From positions 10,664,001 to 10,728,000 of the forward strand of contig CM120646.1 in assembly GCA_051362555.1 (NCBI GenBank): a stretch of 64,000 bases of DNA, written 5' to 3'. This DNA comes from Lingula anatina. Taxonomy: Eukaryota > Animalia > Brachiopoda. Shown piece after piece: positions 1-11,794 of the stretch. The notes below the pieces were generated by a model. It saw nothing but the letters and a program-made list of their open reading frames with translations. It did not search any database and was not told the origin of the DNA. How positions within the stretch are numbered: the stretch's first letter is position 1; every line of letters starts with the position of its first letter. The translations under genes and the position numbers were made by a program.

Positions 1-52
1 GTTTAACTATTTTAAGTTTTGGGATTTGCCAGTCTTTTCAATGTAATTTTCA

Positions 53-470
53 TTCTTTTTTCAGTTATATTGTTCTTTTTCCAGAGTTCCCTTACCATGA
101 AAAAGCAGACAGTGAAAGACGGGATCAAGAGCAGCACCATGTCTTGTCCATGTGTACAATACATAATATGAAGCAAGATTTAGGGCATTGTCAAGTAGTA
201 TTGTGCTAACAGCAACCCATTCCAGAAACCCATTGTAAGGAGGAATCTGCATCTGGCATTGATAGTAGGGAGAAGTCTTGTATGGGTATATATTGGTTTC
301 CAGATGATAGTTATAGGTAATTTGCAACCTCTCACACAAACAAACTCAAATCAGCACATTTGCTGTTTTCTTTATTGGTAAACAATACATTGCAATATTG
401 AAATATTTTTTGGTTAATTCTCACTCTTCTGATTATCAATTTTCAATAAACTTGACATTAAAAAAAAAAA
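53..470 (+). repeat. Full cassette, copy 1 (~410 bp; defines the unit that interrupts the satellite)
   Basis: Begins after monomer ATTTTCA (52) and ends in AATAAACTTGACATT-A(n), rejoining the monomer at CACAGATAACTGATCAG. Other copies extend ~32 bp before and ~150 bp after the cores listed below. Confidence 0.9.
85..316 (+). repeat. Cassette 1 exon-like core (divergent type, 232 bp)
   Basis: TTGTTCTTTTTCCAG| ... TTATAG|GTAATT. Confidence 0.85.
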
Positions 471-1610
471 CACAGATAACTGATCAGCTTATCACTGATT
501 TTTATCATTGTTAAGCATTATTTGTGAAAATTTCAGAAATGCTGGACAAAATTATTAACGTTTAACTATTTTAAGTCATGGGATTTGCCAGTCTTTTCAA
601 TGTCATTTTCAGTTTTCCCAAATATATTGTCAAAAGAAAATACTTTTCATTAGACACAGTCAACTGATCAGATTATCACAGATTTTTATTTTTGTTAAAC
701 ATCTTTTTTACCAATTTCAGAAATATTGGACAAGATTTGACAAAATTATTAACGTTTAACTATTTTAAGTCATGGAATTTGCCAGTCTTTTTAATGTAAT
801 TTTCAGTTTTCCCAAATATATTGTCCAAAGAAAATACTTTTCATTAGACACAGTCAATTGATCAGCTTATCACAGATTTTTATTGTTGTTAAGCATCATT
901 TGTATAAATTTCAGAAACATTGGACAAGATTTGTCAAAATTATTAACATTTAACTATTTTAAGCCATGGAATTTGCCTGTCTTTTCGTTTTAATTTTAAG
1001 TTTTCCCAAATATATTTTCCAAAGAAGACACTTTCTATTAGACACAGTCAACTGATCAGCTTATCACAGATTTTTATTGTTGTTAAGCATCTTTTGTACC
1101 AATTTCAGAAATATTGGACTATATTTGACAAAATTATTAATGTTTAACTATTTTAAGTCATGGAATTTGCCAGTCTTTTTAATGTAATTTTCAGTTTTCT
1201 CAATATATTGTCCAAAGAAAATACTTTTCATTAGATACAGTCAACTGATCAGCTTATCACAGATTTTATTTGTTGTTAAGCATCTTTTGTACAAATTTCA
1301 GAAATATTGGACAAGATTTGACAAAATCATTAACGTTTAACTATTTTAAGCCATGGAATTTGCCTGTCATTTCGTTGTAATTTTGAGTTTTCCTAAATAT
1401 ATTTTCCAAAGAAGACACTTTCTATTAGACAGTCAACTGATCAGCTTATCACAGATTTTTAATGTTGTTAAGCATCTTTTGTACCAATTTGAAAAAGGTT
1501 GGACAAGATTTGACAAAATTATTAACGTTTAACTATTTTAAGTTTTGCAATTTGCCAGTCTTTTCAATGTGATTTTCATTATTTTTTCAGTTATATTGTT
1601 CTTTTTCCAG

Positions 1611-1839
1611 AGTACCCTTACCATGAAAAAGCAGACAGTGAAAGATGGGATCAAGAGCAGCACCATGTCTTGTCCATGTGTACAATACATTATGTGAAGC
1701 AAGATTTAGGGCATTGTCAAGTATTGTGCTAACAGGAACCCATTCCAGAAACCCATTGTAAGGAGGAATCTGCATCTGGCATTGATAGTAAGGAGAAGTC
1801 TTGTATGGGTATATATTGTTTTCCAGAAGACAGTTATAG
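1611..1839 (+). repeat. Cassette 2 exon-like core (divergent type, 229 bp)
   Basis: Same boundaries as copy 1; atypical 3' junction with no A-tract. Confidence 0.85.
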
Positions 1840-2200
1840 GTAATTTGCAACCTCTCACACAAACAAACTCAAATCACCACATTTGCTGTTTTCTTTATTG
1901 GTAGACAATACATTGCAATATTGAAATATTTTTCGGTTAATTCTCACTCTTCTGATTATCAATTTTCAATAACTTCCAAAGAAGACACTTTCTATTAGAC
2001 ACAGTCAATTGATCAGCTTATGACAGATTTTTATTGTTGTTAAGCATCTTCTGTACCAATTTCAGAAATATTGTACAAGATTTGACAAAATTATTAACGT
2101 TTAACTATTTTAAGTCTAGGGATTTGCCAGTCTTTTTAATGTAATTTTCAGTTTTCCCAAATATATTGTCCAAAGAAAACAATTTTTATTAGACACAGTC

Positions 2201-2394
2201 AACTGATCAGCTTATCACAGATTTTTATTGTTGTTAAGCATCTTTTGTACCAATTTCAGAAATATTGTACAAGATTTGACAAAATTATTAACGTTTAACT
2301 ATTTTAAGTCTAGGGATTTGCCAGTCTTTTTAATGTAATTTTGAGTTTTCCCAAATATATTGTCCAAAGAAAACAATTTTTATTAGACACAGTC
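2201..2394 (+). repeat. Representative single 194-bp satellite monomer
   Basis: Runs from AACTGATCAG at 2201 to the base before the next AACTGA at 2395. A consensus-like monomer has about 54 G+C in 194 nt. Confidence 0.95.
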
Positions 2395-2570
2395 AACTGA
2401 TCAGCTTATCACAGATTTTTATTGTTGTTAAGCATCTTTTGTACCAATTTCAAAAATGTTGGACAAGATTTGACAAAATTATTAACGTTTAACTATTTTA
2501 AGTTTTGGGATTTGCCAGTCTTTTCAATGTAATTTTCATTCTTTTTTCAGTTATATTGTTCTTTTTCCAG

Positions 2571-2802
2571 AGTTCCCTTACCATGAAAAAGCAGACAGTG
2601 AAAGACGGGATCAAGAGCAGCACCATGTCTTGTCCATGTGTACAATACATAATATGAAGCAAGATTTAGTGCATTGTCAAGTAGTATTGTGCTAACAGCA
2701 ACCCATTCCAGAAACCCATTGTAAGGAGGAATCTGCATCTGGCATTGATAGTAAAGAGAAGTCTTGTATGGGTATATATTGTTTTCCAGATGACAGTTAT
2801 AG
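2571..2802 (+). repeat. Cassette 3 exon-like core (divergent type)
   Basis: Near copy of cassette 1 at offset 2486. Confidence 0.85.
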
Positions 2803-4095
2803 GTAATTTGCAACCTCTCACACAAACAAACTCAAATCAGCACATTTGCTGTTTTCTTTATTGGTAAACAATACATTGCAATATTGAAATATTTTTTGGT
2901 TAATTCTCACTCTTCTGATTATCAATTTTCAATAAACTTGACATTAAAAAAAAAACACAGATAACTGATCAGCTTATCACTGATTTTTATCATTGTTAAG
3001 CATTATTTGTGAAAATTTCAGAAATGCTGGACAAAATTATTAACGTTTAACTATTTTAAGTCATGGGATTTGCCAGTCTTTTCAATGTCATTTTCAGTTT
3101 TCCCAAATATATTGTCAAAAGAAAATACTTTTCATTAGACACAGTCAACTGATCAGATTATCACAGATTTTTATTTTTGTTAAACATCTTTTTTACCAAT
3201 TTCAGAAATATTGGACAAGATTTGACAAAATTATTAACGTTTAACTATTTTAAGTCATGGAATTTGCCAGTCTTTTTAATGTAATTTTCAGTTTTCCCAA
3301 ATATATTGTCCAAAGAAAATACTTTTCATTAGACACAGTCAATTGATCAGCTTATCACAGATTTTTATTGTTGTTAAGCATCATTTGTATAAATTTCAGA
3401 AACATTGGACAAGATTTGTCAAAATTATTAACATTTAACTATTTTAAGCCATGGAATTTGCCTGTCTTTTCGTTGTAATTTTAAGTTTTCCCAAATATAT
3501 TTTCCAAAGAAGACACTTTCTATTAGACACAGTCAACTGATCAGCTTATCACAGATTTTTATTGTTGTTAAGCATCTTTTGTACCAATTTCAGAAATATT
3601 GGACTATATTTGACAAAATTATTAATGTTTAACTATTTTAAGTCATGGAATTTGCCAGTCTTTTTAATGTAATTTTCAGTTTTCTCAATATATTGTCCAA
3701 AGAAAATACTTTTCATTAGATACAGTCAACTGATCAGCTTATCACAGATTTTATTTGTTGTTAAGCATCTTTTGTACAAATTTCAGAAATATTGGACAAG
3801 ATTTGACAAAATCATTAACGTTTAACTATTTTAAGCCATGGAATTTGCCTGTCATTTCGTTGTAATTTTGAGTTTTCCTAAATATATTTTCCAAAGAAGA
3901 CACTTTCTATTAGACAGTCAACTGATCAGCTTATCACAGATTTTTAATGTTGTTAAGCATCTTTTGTACCAATTTGAAAAATGTTGGACAAGATTTGACA
4001 AAATTATTAACGTTTAACTATTTTAAGTTTTGGGATTTGCCAGTCTTTTCAATGTGATTTTCATTATTTTTTCAGTTATATTGTTCTTTTTCCAG

Positions 4096-4324
4096 AGTAC
4101 CCTTACCATGAAAAAGCAGACAGTGAAAGATGGGATCAAGAGCAGCACCATGTCTTGTCCATGTGTACAATACATTATGTGAAGCAAGATTTAGGGCATT
4201 GTCAAGTATTGTGCTAACAGGAACCCATTCCAGAAACCCATTGTAAGGAGGAATCTGCATCTGGCATTGATAGTAAGGAGAAGTCTTGTATGGGTATATA
4301 TTGTTTTCCAGAGGACAGTTATAG
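4096..4324 (+). repeat. Cassette 4 exon-like core (divergent type)
   Basis: Near copy of cassette 2 at offset 2485. Confidence 0.85.
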
Positions 4325-5046
4325 GTAATTTGCAACCTCGTACACAAACAATCTCAAATCACCACATTTGCTGTTTTCTTTATTGGTAAACAATATATTG
4401 CAATATTGAAATATTTTTTGGTTAATTCTCACTCTTCTGATTATCAATTTTCAATAAACTTGACATTAAAAAAAACACAGATAACTGATCAGCATATCAC
4501 TGATTTTTATTGATGTTAAGCATCTTTTGTTCAAATTTCAGAAACGCTGGACAAGATTTGACAAAATTATTAACGTTTAACTATTTTAAGTCATGGGATT
4601 TGCCAGTCTTTTCAATGTAATTTTCAGTTTTCCCAAATATATTGTCCAAAGAAAATACTTTTCATTAGACACAGTCAACTGATTAGATTATCACAGATTT
4701 TAATTGTTGTTAAGCATCTTTTGTTCAAATTTCAGAAATATTGGACAAGATTTGACAAAATTATTAACGTTTAACTATTTTAAGCCATGGAATTTGCCAG
4801 TCTTTTTGTTGTAATTTTCATTTTTCCCAAATATATTGTCCAAAGAAAATACTTTTCATTAGACACAGTCAACTGATCAGCTTATCACAGATTTTTATTG
4901 TTGTTAAGCATCTTTTGTACCAATTTCAAAAATGTTGGACAAGATTTGACAAAATTATTAACGTTTAACTATTTTAAGTCTTGGGATATGTCAGTCTTTT
5001 CAATGTGATTTTCATTCTTTTTTCAGTTATATTGTTCTTTTTCCAG

Positions 5047-5278
5047 AGTACCCTTACCATGAAAAAGCAGACAGTGAAAGATGAGATCAAGAGCAGCACC
5101 ATGTCTTGTCCATGTGTACAATACATGATATGAAGCAAGATTTAGGGCATTGTCAAGTACTATTGTGCTAACAGCAACCCATTCCAGAAACCCATTGTAA
5201 GGAGGAATCTGCATCTGGCATTGATAGTAAGGAGAAGTCTTGTATGGGTATATATTGTTTTCCAGATGACAGTTCTAG
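5047..5278 (+). repeat. Cassette 5 core (type A, 232 bp)
   Basis: Type A markers GATGAG and GTACTATTGTGCTAAC. Confidence 0.85.
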
Positions 5279-6388
5279 GTAATTTGCAACCTCGAACACA
5301 AACAAACTCAAATCACCAAATTTGCTGTTTTCTTTATTGGTAAACAATACATTGCAATATTGAAATATTTTTTGGTTAATTCTCACTTTTCTGATTATCA
5401 ATTTTCAATAAACTTGACATTAAAAAAAACACAGATAACTGATCAGCTTATTACTGATTTTTATTGCTGTTAAGCATCATTTGTGAAAATTTCAGAAATG
5501 CTGGACAAGATTTGACAAAATTATTAACGTTTAACTATTTTCAGTCATGGTACTTGTCAGACTTTTTAATGTAATTTTCAGTTTTTCTCAATATATTGTC
5601 CGAAGAAAATACTTTTCATTGGACACAGTCAACTGATCAGCTTATCACAGATTTTTATTGTTGTTAAGCATCATTTGTACAAATTTCAGAAATATTGGAC
5701 AAGATTTGACAAAATTATTAACGTTTAACTATTTTAAGTCTTGGGATTTGCCTGTCTTTTCGTTTTAATTTTGAGATTTTTCAAATATATTTTCCAAAGA
5801 AGACACTTTCTATTAGACACAGTCAACTGATCAGCTTATCACAGATTTTTATTGTTGTTAAGCATCTTTTGTACCAATTTCAGAAGTATTGGAAAAGATT
5901 TGACAAAATTATTAACGTTTAACTATTTTAAGTCTAGGGATTTGCCAGTCTTTTTAATGTAATTTTCAGTTTTCCCAAATATATTGTCCAAAGAAAATAG
6001 TTTTCATTAGACACAGTCAACTGATCAGCTCATCACAGATTTTTATTGTTGTTAAGCATGATTTGTACGAATATCAGAATTATTGGACAAGATTTGTCAA
6101 AATTATTAACATTTAACTATTTTAAGCTATGGAATTTGCCTGTCTTTTCGTTGTAATTTTGAGTTTTTCTAAATATATTTTCCAAAGAAGACACTTTTTA
6201 TTATACACAGTCAACTGATCAGCTTATCACAGATTTTTATTGTTGTTAAGCATTTTTTGTACCAATTTCAAAAATGTTGGACAAGATTTGACAAAATTAT
6301 TAACGTTTAACTTTTTTAACTTTTGGGATTTGCCAGTCTTTTCAATGTGATTTTCATTCTTTTTTCAGTTATATTGTTCTTTTTCCAG

Positions 6389-6617
6389 AGTACCCTTATC
6401 ATGAAAAAGCAGACAGTGAAAGACGGGATCAAGAGCAGCACCATGTCTTGTCCATGTGTACAATACATGATATGAAGCAAGATTTAGTGCATTGTCAAGT
6501 ATTGTGGTAGCAGCAACCCATTCCAGAAACCCATTGTAAGGGGGAATCTGCATCTGGCATTGATAGTAAGGAGAAGTCCTGTATGGGTATATATTGTTTT
6601 CCAGATGACAGTTCTAG
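6389..6617 (+). repeat. Cassette 6 core (type B, 229 bp)
   Basis: Type B markers TTATCATG, GTATTGTGGTAGC and GTCCTG. Confidence 0.85.
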
Positions 6618-7918
6618 GTAATTTGCAACCTCGCACACAAACAAACTCAAATCACCACATTTGCTGTTTTCTTTATTGGTAAACAATACATTGCAATATT
6701 GAAATATTTTTTGGTTAATTCTCACTCTTCTGATTATCAAATTTCAATAAACTTGACATTAAAAAAAACACAGATAACTGATCAGCTTATCACTGATTTT
6801 TATTGCTGTTAAGCATCATTTGTGAAAATTTCAGAAACACTGGACAAGATTTGACAAAATTATTAGCGTTTAACTATTTTGTCCTGGGATTTGCCAGTCT
6901 TTTCAATGTAACTTTCAATTTTCCCAAATATATTGTCCAAAGAAAATACTTCTCATTAGACACAGTCAACTGATCACCTTATCACAGATTTTTATTGTTG
7001 TTAAGCATGATTTGTACGAATATCAGAATTATTGGACAAGATTTGACATAATTATTAATGTTTAACTATTTTAAGTCTAGGGATTTGCCAGTCTTTTTAA
7101 TGTCATTTTGAGTTTTCCCAAATATATTTTCCAAAGAAGACACTTTTTTTTGGCACAGTCAACTGATCAGCTTATCACAGATTTTTATTGTTGTTAAGCA
7201 TCTTTTGTACCAATTTCAGAAATATTGGACAAGATTTGACAAAATTATTAACGTTTAACTTTTTTAAGTCTAGGGATTTGCCAGTCTTTTTAATGTAATT
7301 TTCAGTTTTCCCAAATATATTGTCCAAAGAAAATACTTTTCATTAGACACAGTCAACTGATCAGCTCATCACAGATTTTTATTGTTTTTAAGCATGACTT
7401 GTACGAATATCAGAAATATTGGACAAGATTTGACAAAATTATTAACGTTTAACTATTTTAAGTCTAGCCATTTGCCTGTCTTTTTGTTGTAATTTTGAGT
7501 TTTCCTAAATATATTTTCCAAAGAAGACACTTTCTATTAGACACAGTCAACTGATCAGCTTATCACAGATTTTAATTGTTGTTAAGCATCTTTTATACCA
7601 ATTTCTGAAATATTGGACAAGATTTGACAAAATTATTAACGTTTAACTTTTTTAAGTCTAGGGATTTGACAGTCTTTTTAATGTAATTTTCAGTTTTCTC
7701 AAATATATTGTCCAAAGAAAATACTTTTCATTAGACACAGTCAACTGATCAGCTTATCACAGATTTTTATTGTTGTTAAGCATCTTTTGTACCAATTTCA
7801 AAAATGTTGGACAAGATTTGACAAAATTATTAACGTTAAACTATTTTTAGTTTTGGGATTTTCCAGTCTTTTCAATGTGATTTTCATTCTTTTTTCAGTT
7901 ATATTGTTCTTTTTCCAG

Positions 7919-8150
7919 AGTACCCTTACCATGAAAAAGCAGACAGTGAAAGATGAGATCAAGAGCAGCACCATGTCTTGTCCATGTGTACAATACATGA
8001 TATGAAGCAAGATTTAGGGCATTGTCAAGTACTATTGTGCTAACAGCAACCCATTCCAGAAACCCATTGTAAGGAGGAATCTGCATCTGGCATTGATAGT
8101 AAGGAGAAGTCTTGTATGGGTATATATTGTTTTCCAGATGACAGTTCTAG
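7919..8150 (+). repeat. Cassette 7 core (type A)
   Basis: Type A markers, same boundaries. Confidence 0.85.
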
Positions 8151-9452
8151 GTAATTTGCAACCTCGTACACAAACAAACTCCAATCACCAAATGTGCTGT
8201 TTTCTTTATTGGTAAACAATACATTGCAATATTGAAATATTTTTTGGTTAATTCTCACTTTTCTGATTATCAATTTTCAATAAACTTGACATTAAAAAAA
8301 AACACAGATAACTGATCAGCTTATTACTGATTTTTATTGCTGTTAAGCATCATTTGTGAAAATTTCAGAAACGCTGGACAAGATTTGACAAAATTATTAT
8401 TGTTTAACTATTTTAAGTCATGGTATTTGTCAGTCTTTTTAATGTAATTTTCAGTTTTCTCAATATATTGTCCGAAGAAAATACTTTTCATTAGACACAG
8501 TCAACTGATCAGCTTATCACAGATTTTTATTGTTGTTAAGCATCATTTGTACAAATTTCAGAAATATTGGACAAGATTTGACAAAATTATTAACGTTTAA
8601 CTATTTTAAGTCATGGAATTTGCCAGTCTTTTTAATGTCATTTTGAGTTTTCCCAAATATATTTTCCAAAGAAGAAACTTTCTATTAGACTCAGTCAACT
8701 GATCAGCTTATCACAGATTTTTATTGCTGTTAAGCATCTTTTGTACCAATTTCAGAAATATTGGACAAGATTTGACAAATTTATTAACGTTTAACTATTT
8801 TAAGTCTAGGGATTTGCCAGTCTTTTTAATATAATTTTCAGTTTTCCCAAATATATTTTCCAAAGAAAATACTTCTCATTAGACACAGTCAACTGATCAG
8901 CTTATCACAGATTTTTGTTGTTGTTAAGCATCTTTTGTACAAATTTCAGAAATATTGGACAAGATTTGACAAAATTATTAACGTTTAACTATTTTGTCCT
9001 GGGATTTGCCAGTCTTTTCAATGTAACTTTAAATTTTCCTAAATATATTGTCCAAAGAAAATACTTCTCATTAGACACAGTCAACTGATCAGCTTATCAC
9101 AGATTTTTATTGTTGTTAAGCATGATTTGTACGAATATCAGAATTATTGGACAAGATTTGTCAAAATTATTAACATTTAACTATTTTAAGCCATGGAATT
9201 TGCCTGTCTTTTCGTTGTAATTTTGAGTTTTTCTAAATATATTTTCCAAAGAAGACACTTTTTATTATACACAGTCAACTGATCAGCTTATCACAGATTT
9301 TTATTGTTGTTTAGCATTTTTTGTACCAATTTCAAAAATGTTGGACAAGATTTGACAAAATTATTAACATTTAACTTTTTTAAGTTTTGGGATTTGCCAG
9401 TCTTTTCAATGTGATTTTCATTCTTTTTTCAGTTATATTGTTCTTTTTCCAG

Positions 9453-9681
9453 AGTACCCTTATCATGAAAAAGCAGACAGTGAAAGACGGGATCAAGAGC
9501 AGCACCATGTCTTGTCCATGTGTACAATACATGATATGAAGCAAGATTTAGTGCATTGTCAAGTATTGTGGTAGCAGCAACCCATTCCAGAAACCCATTG
9601 TAAGGAGGAATCTGCATCTGGCATTGATAGTAAGGAGAAGTCCTGTATGGGTATATATTGTTTTCCAGATGACAGTTCTAG
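9453..9681 (+). repeat. Cassette 8 core (type B)
   Basis: Type B markers, same boundaries. Confidence 0.85.
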
Positions 9682-11565
9682 GTAATTTGCAACCTCGTAC
9701 ACAAACAAACTCAAATCACCACATTTGCTGTTTTCTTTATTGGTAAACAATACATTGCAATATTGAAATATTTTTTGGTTAATTCTCACTCTTCTGATTA
9801 TCAAATTTCAATAAACTTGACATTAAAAAAAACACAGATAACTGATCAGCTTATCACTGATTTTTATTGCTGTTAAGCATCATTTGTGAAAATTTCAGAA
9901 ATGCTGGACAAGATTTGACAAAATTATTAACGTTTAACTATTTTAAGTCATGGTACTTGTCAGACTTTTTAATGTAATTTTCAGTTTTTCTCAATATATT
10001 GTCCGAAGAAGAAACTTTCTATTAGACACAGTCAACTGATCAGCTTATCACAGATTTTTATTGTTGTTAAGCATGATTTGTACAAATTTCAGAAATATTG
10101 GACAAGATTTGACAAAATTATTAACGTTTAACTATTTTAAGTCTTGGGATTTGCCTGTCTTTTCATTTTAATTTTGAGATTTTTCAAATATATTTTCCAA
10201 AGAAGACACTTTCTATTGGACACAGTCAACTGATCAGCTTATCACAGATTTTTATTGTTGTTAAGCATCTTTTGTACCAATTTCAGAAGTATTGGACAAG
10301 ATTTGACAAAATTATTAACGTTTAACTATTTTAAGTCTAGGGATTTGCCAGTCTTTTTAATGTAATTTTCAGTTTTCCCAAATATATTGTCCTAAGAAAA
10401 TACTTTTCATTAGACACAGTCAACTGATCAGCTCATCACAGATTTTTATTGTTGTTAAGCATGATTTGTACGAATATCAGAAATATTGGAGAAGATTTGA
10501 CAAAATTATTAACGTTTAACTATTTTAAGTCTAGGCATTTGCCTGTCTTTTTGTTGTAATTTTGAGTTTTTCTAAATATATTTTCCAAAGAAGACACTTT
10601 TTATTAGACACAGTCAACTGATCAGCTTATCACAGATTTTAATTGTTGTTAAGCATCTTTTATACCAATTTCTGAAATATTGGACAAGATTTGACAAAAT
10701 TATTAACGTTTAACTTTTTTAAGTCTAGGGATTTGACAGTCTTTTTAATGTAATTTTCAGTTTTCTCAATATATTGTCCAAAGAAAATACTTTTCATTAG
10801 ATACAGTCAACTGATCAGCTTATCACAGATTTTATTTGTTGTTAAGCATCTTTTGTACAAATTTCAGAAATATTGGACAAGATTTGACAAAATCATTAAC
10901 GTTTAACTATTTTAAGCCATGGAATTTGCCTGTCTTTTCGTTGTAATTTTAAGTTTTCCCAAATATATTTTCCAAAGAAGACACTTTCTATTAGACACAG
11001 TCAACTGATCAGCTTATCACAGATTTTTATTGTTGTTAAGCATCTTTTGTACCAATTTCAGAAATATTGGACTATATTTGACAAAATTATTAATGTTTAA
11101 CTATTTTAAGTCATGGAATTTGCCAGTCTTTTTAATGTAATTTTCAGTTTTCTCAATATATTGTCCAAAGAAAATACTTCTCATTAGACACAGTCAACTG
11201 ATCAGCTTATCACAGATTTTTATTGTTGTTAAGCATGATTTGTACAAATATCAGAATTATTGGACAAGATTTGTCAAAATTATTAACATTTAACTATTTT
11301 AAGCCATGGAATTTGCCTGTCTTTTCGTTGTAATTTTGAGTTTTTCTAAATATATTTTCCAAAGAAGACACTTTTTATTATACACAGTCGACTGATCAGC
11401 TTATCACAGATTTTTATTGTTGTTTAGCATTTTTTGTACCAATTTCAAAAATGTTGGACAAGATTTGACAAAATTATTAACATTTAACTTTTTTAAGTTT
11501 TGGGATTTGCCAGTCTTTTCAATGTGATTTTCATTCTTTTTTCAGTTATATTGTTCTTTTTCCAG

Positions 11566-11794
11566 AGTACCCTTATCATGAAAAAGCAGACAGTGAAAGA
11601 CGGGATCAAGAGCAGCACCATGTCTTGTCCATGTGTACAATACATGATATGAAGCAAGATTTAGTGCATTGTCAAGTATTGTGGTAGCAGCAACCCATTC
11701 CAGAAACCCATTGTAAGGAGGAATCTGCATCTGGCATTGATAGTAAGGAGAAGTCCTGTATGGGTATATATTGTTTTCCAGATGACAGTTCTAG
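11566..11794 (+). repeat. Cassette 9 core (type B)
   Basis: Type B markers. Confidence 0.85.

Noticed and set aside
445-470. AATAAA plus A-tract as the poly(A) tail of a retrocopy, SINE or LINE
   Set aside because: The segment aligns to the monomer (AAAATACTTTTCATTAGACACAG vs AATAAACTTGACATTAAAACACAG), so it looks like diverged satellite with A slippage. The tract is only ~8-11 nt, there is no clear TSD, and no Pol III boxes were seen. Not fully excluded.
53-470. Cassette as a 5S rRNA, tRNA, U snRNA, histone or C/D snoRNA gene repeat
   Set aside because: No recognisable similarity to these families, and no consistent RTGATGA...CTGA pair with a terminal stem. An Rfam cmscan would be the decisive test.
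2206-2228. Resemblance of CAGCTTATCACAG to miR-21 (TAGCTTATCAG) or the miR-2 seed (TATCACAG)
   Set aside because: Only short seed-length matches; the remainder does not match and this segment is not on a proper hairpin arm.
5270-5285. Helitron 3' end at CTAG
   Set aside because: No GC-rich subterminal hairpin, not followed by a TC start or T target, and copies 1-4 read ATAG.
5168-5401. 77-81 aa minus-strand ORFs (MIIRKVRINQK...)
   Set aside because: Non-ATG starts, absent from copies 1-4, truncated in other copies, and no recognisable domain.
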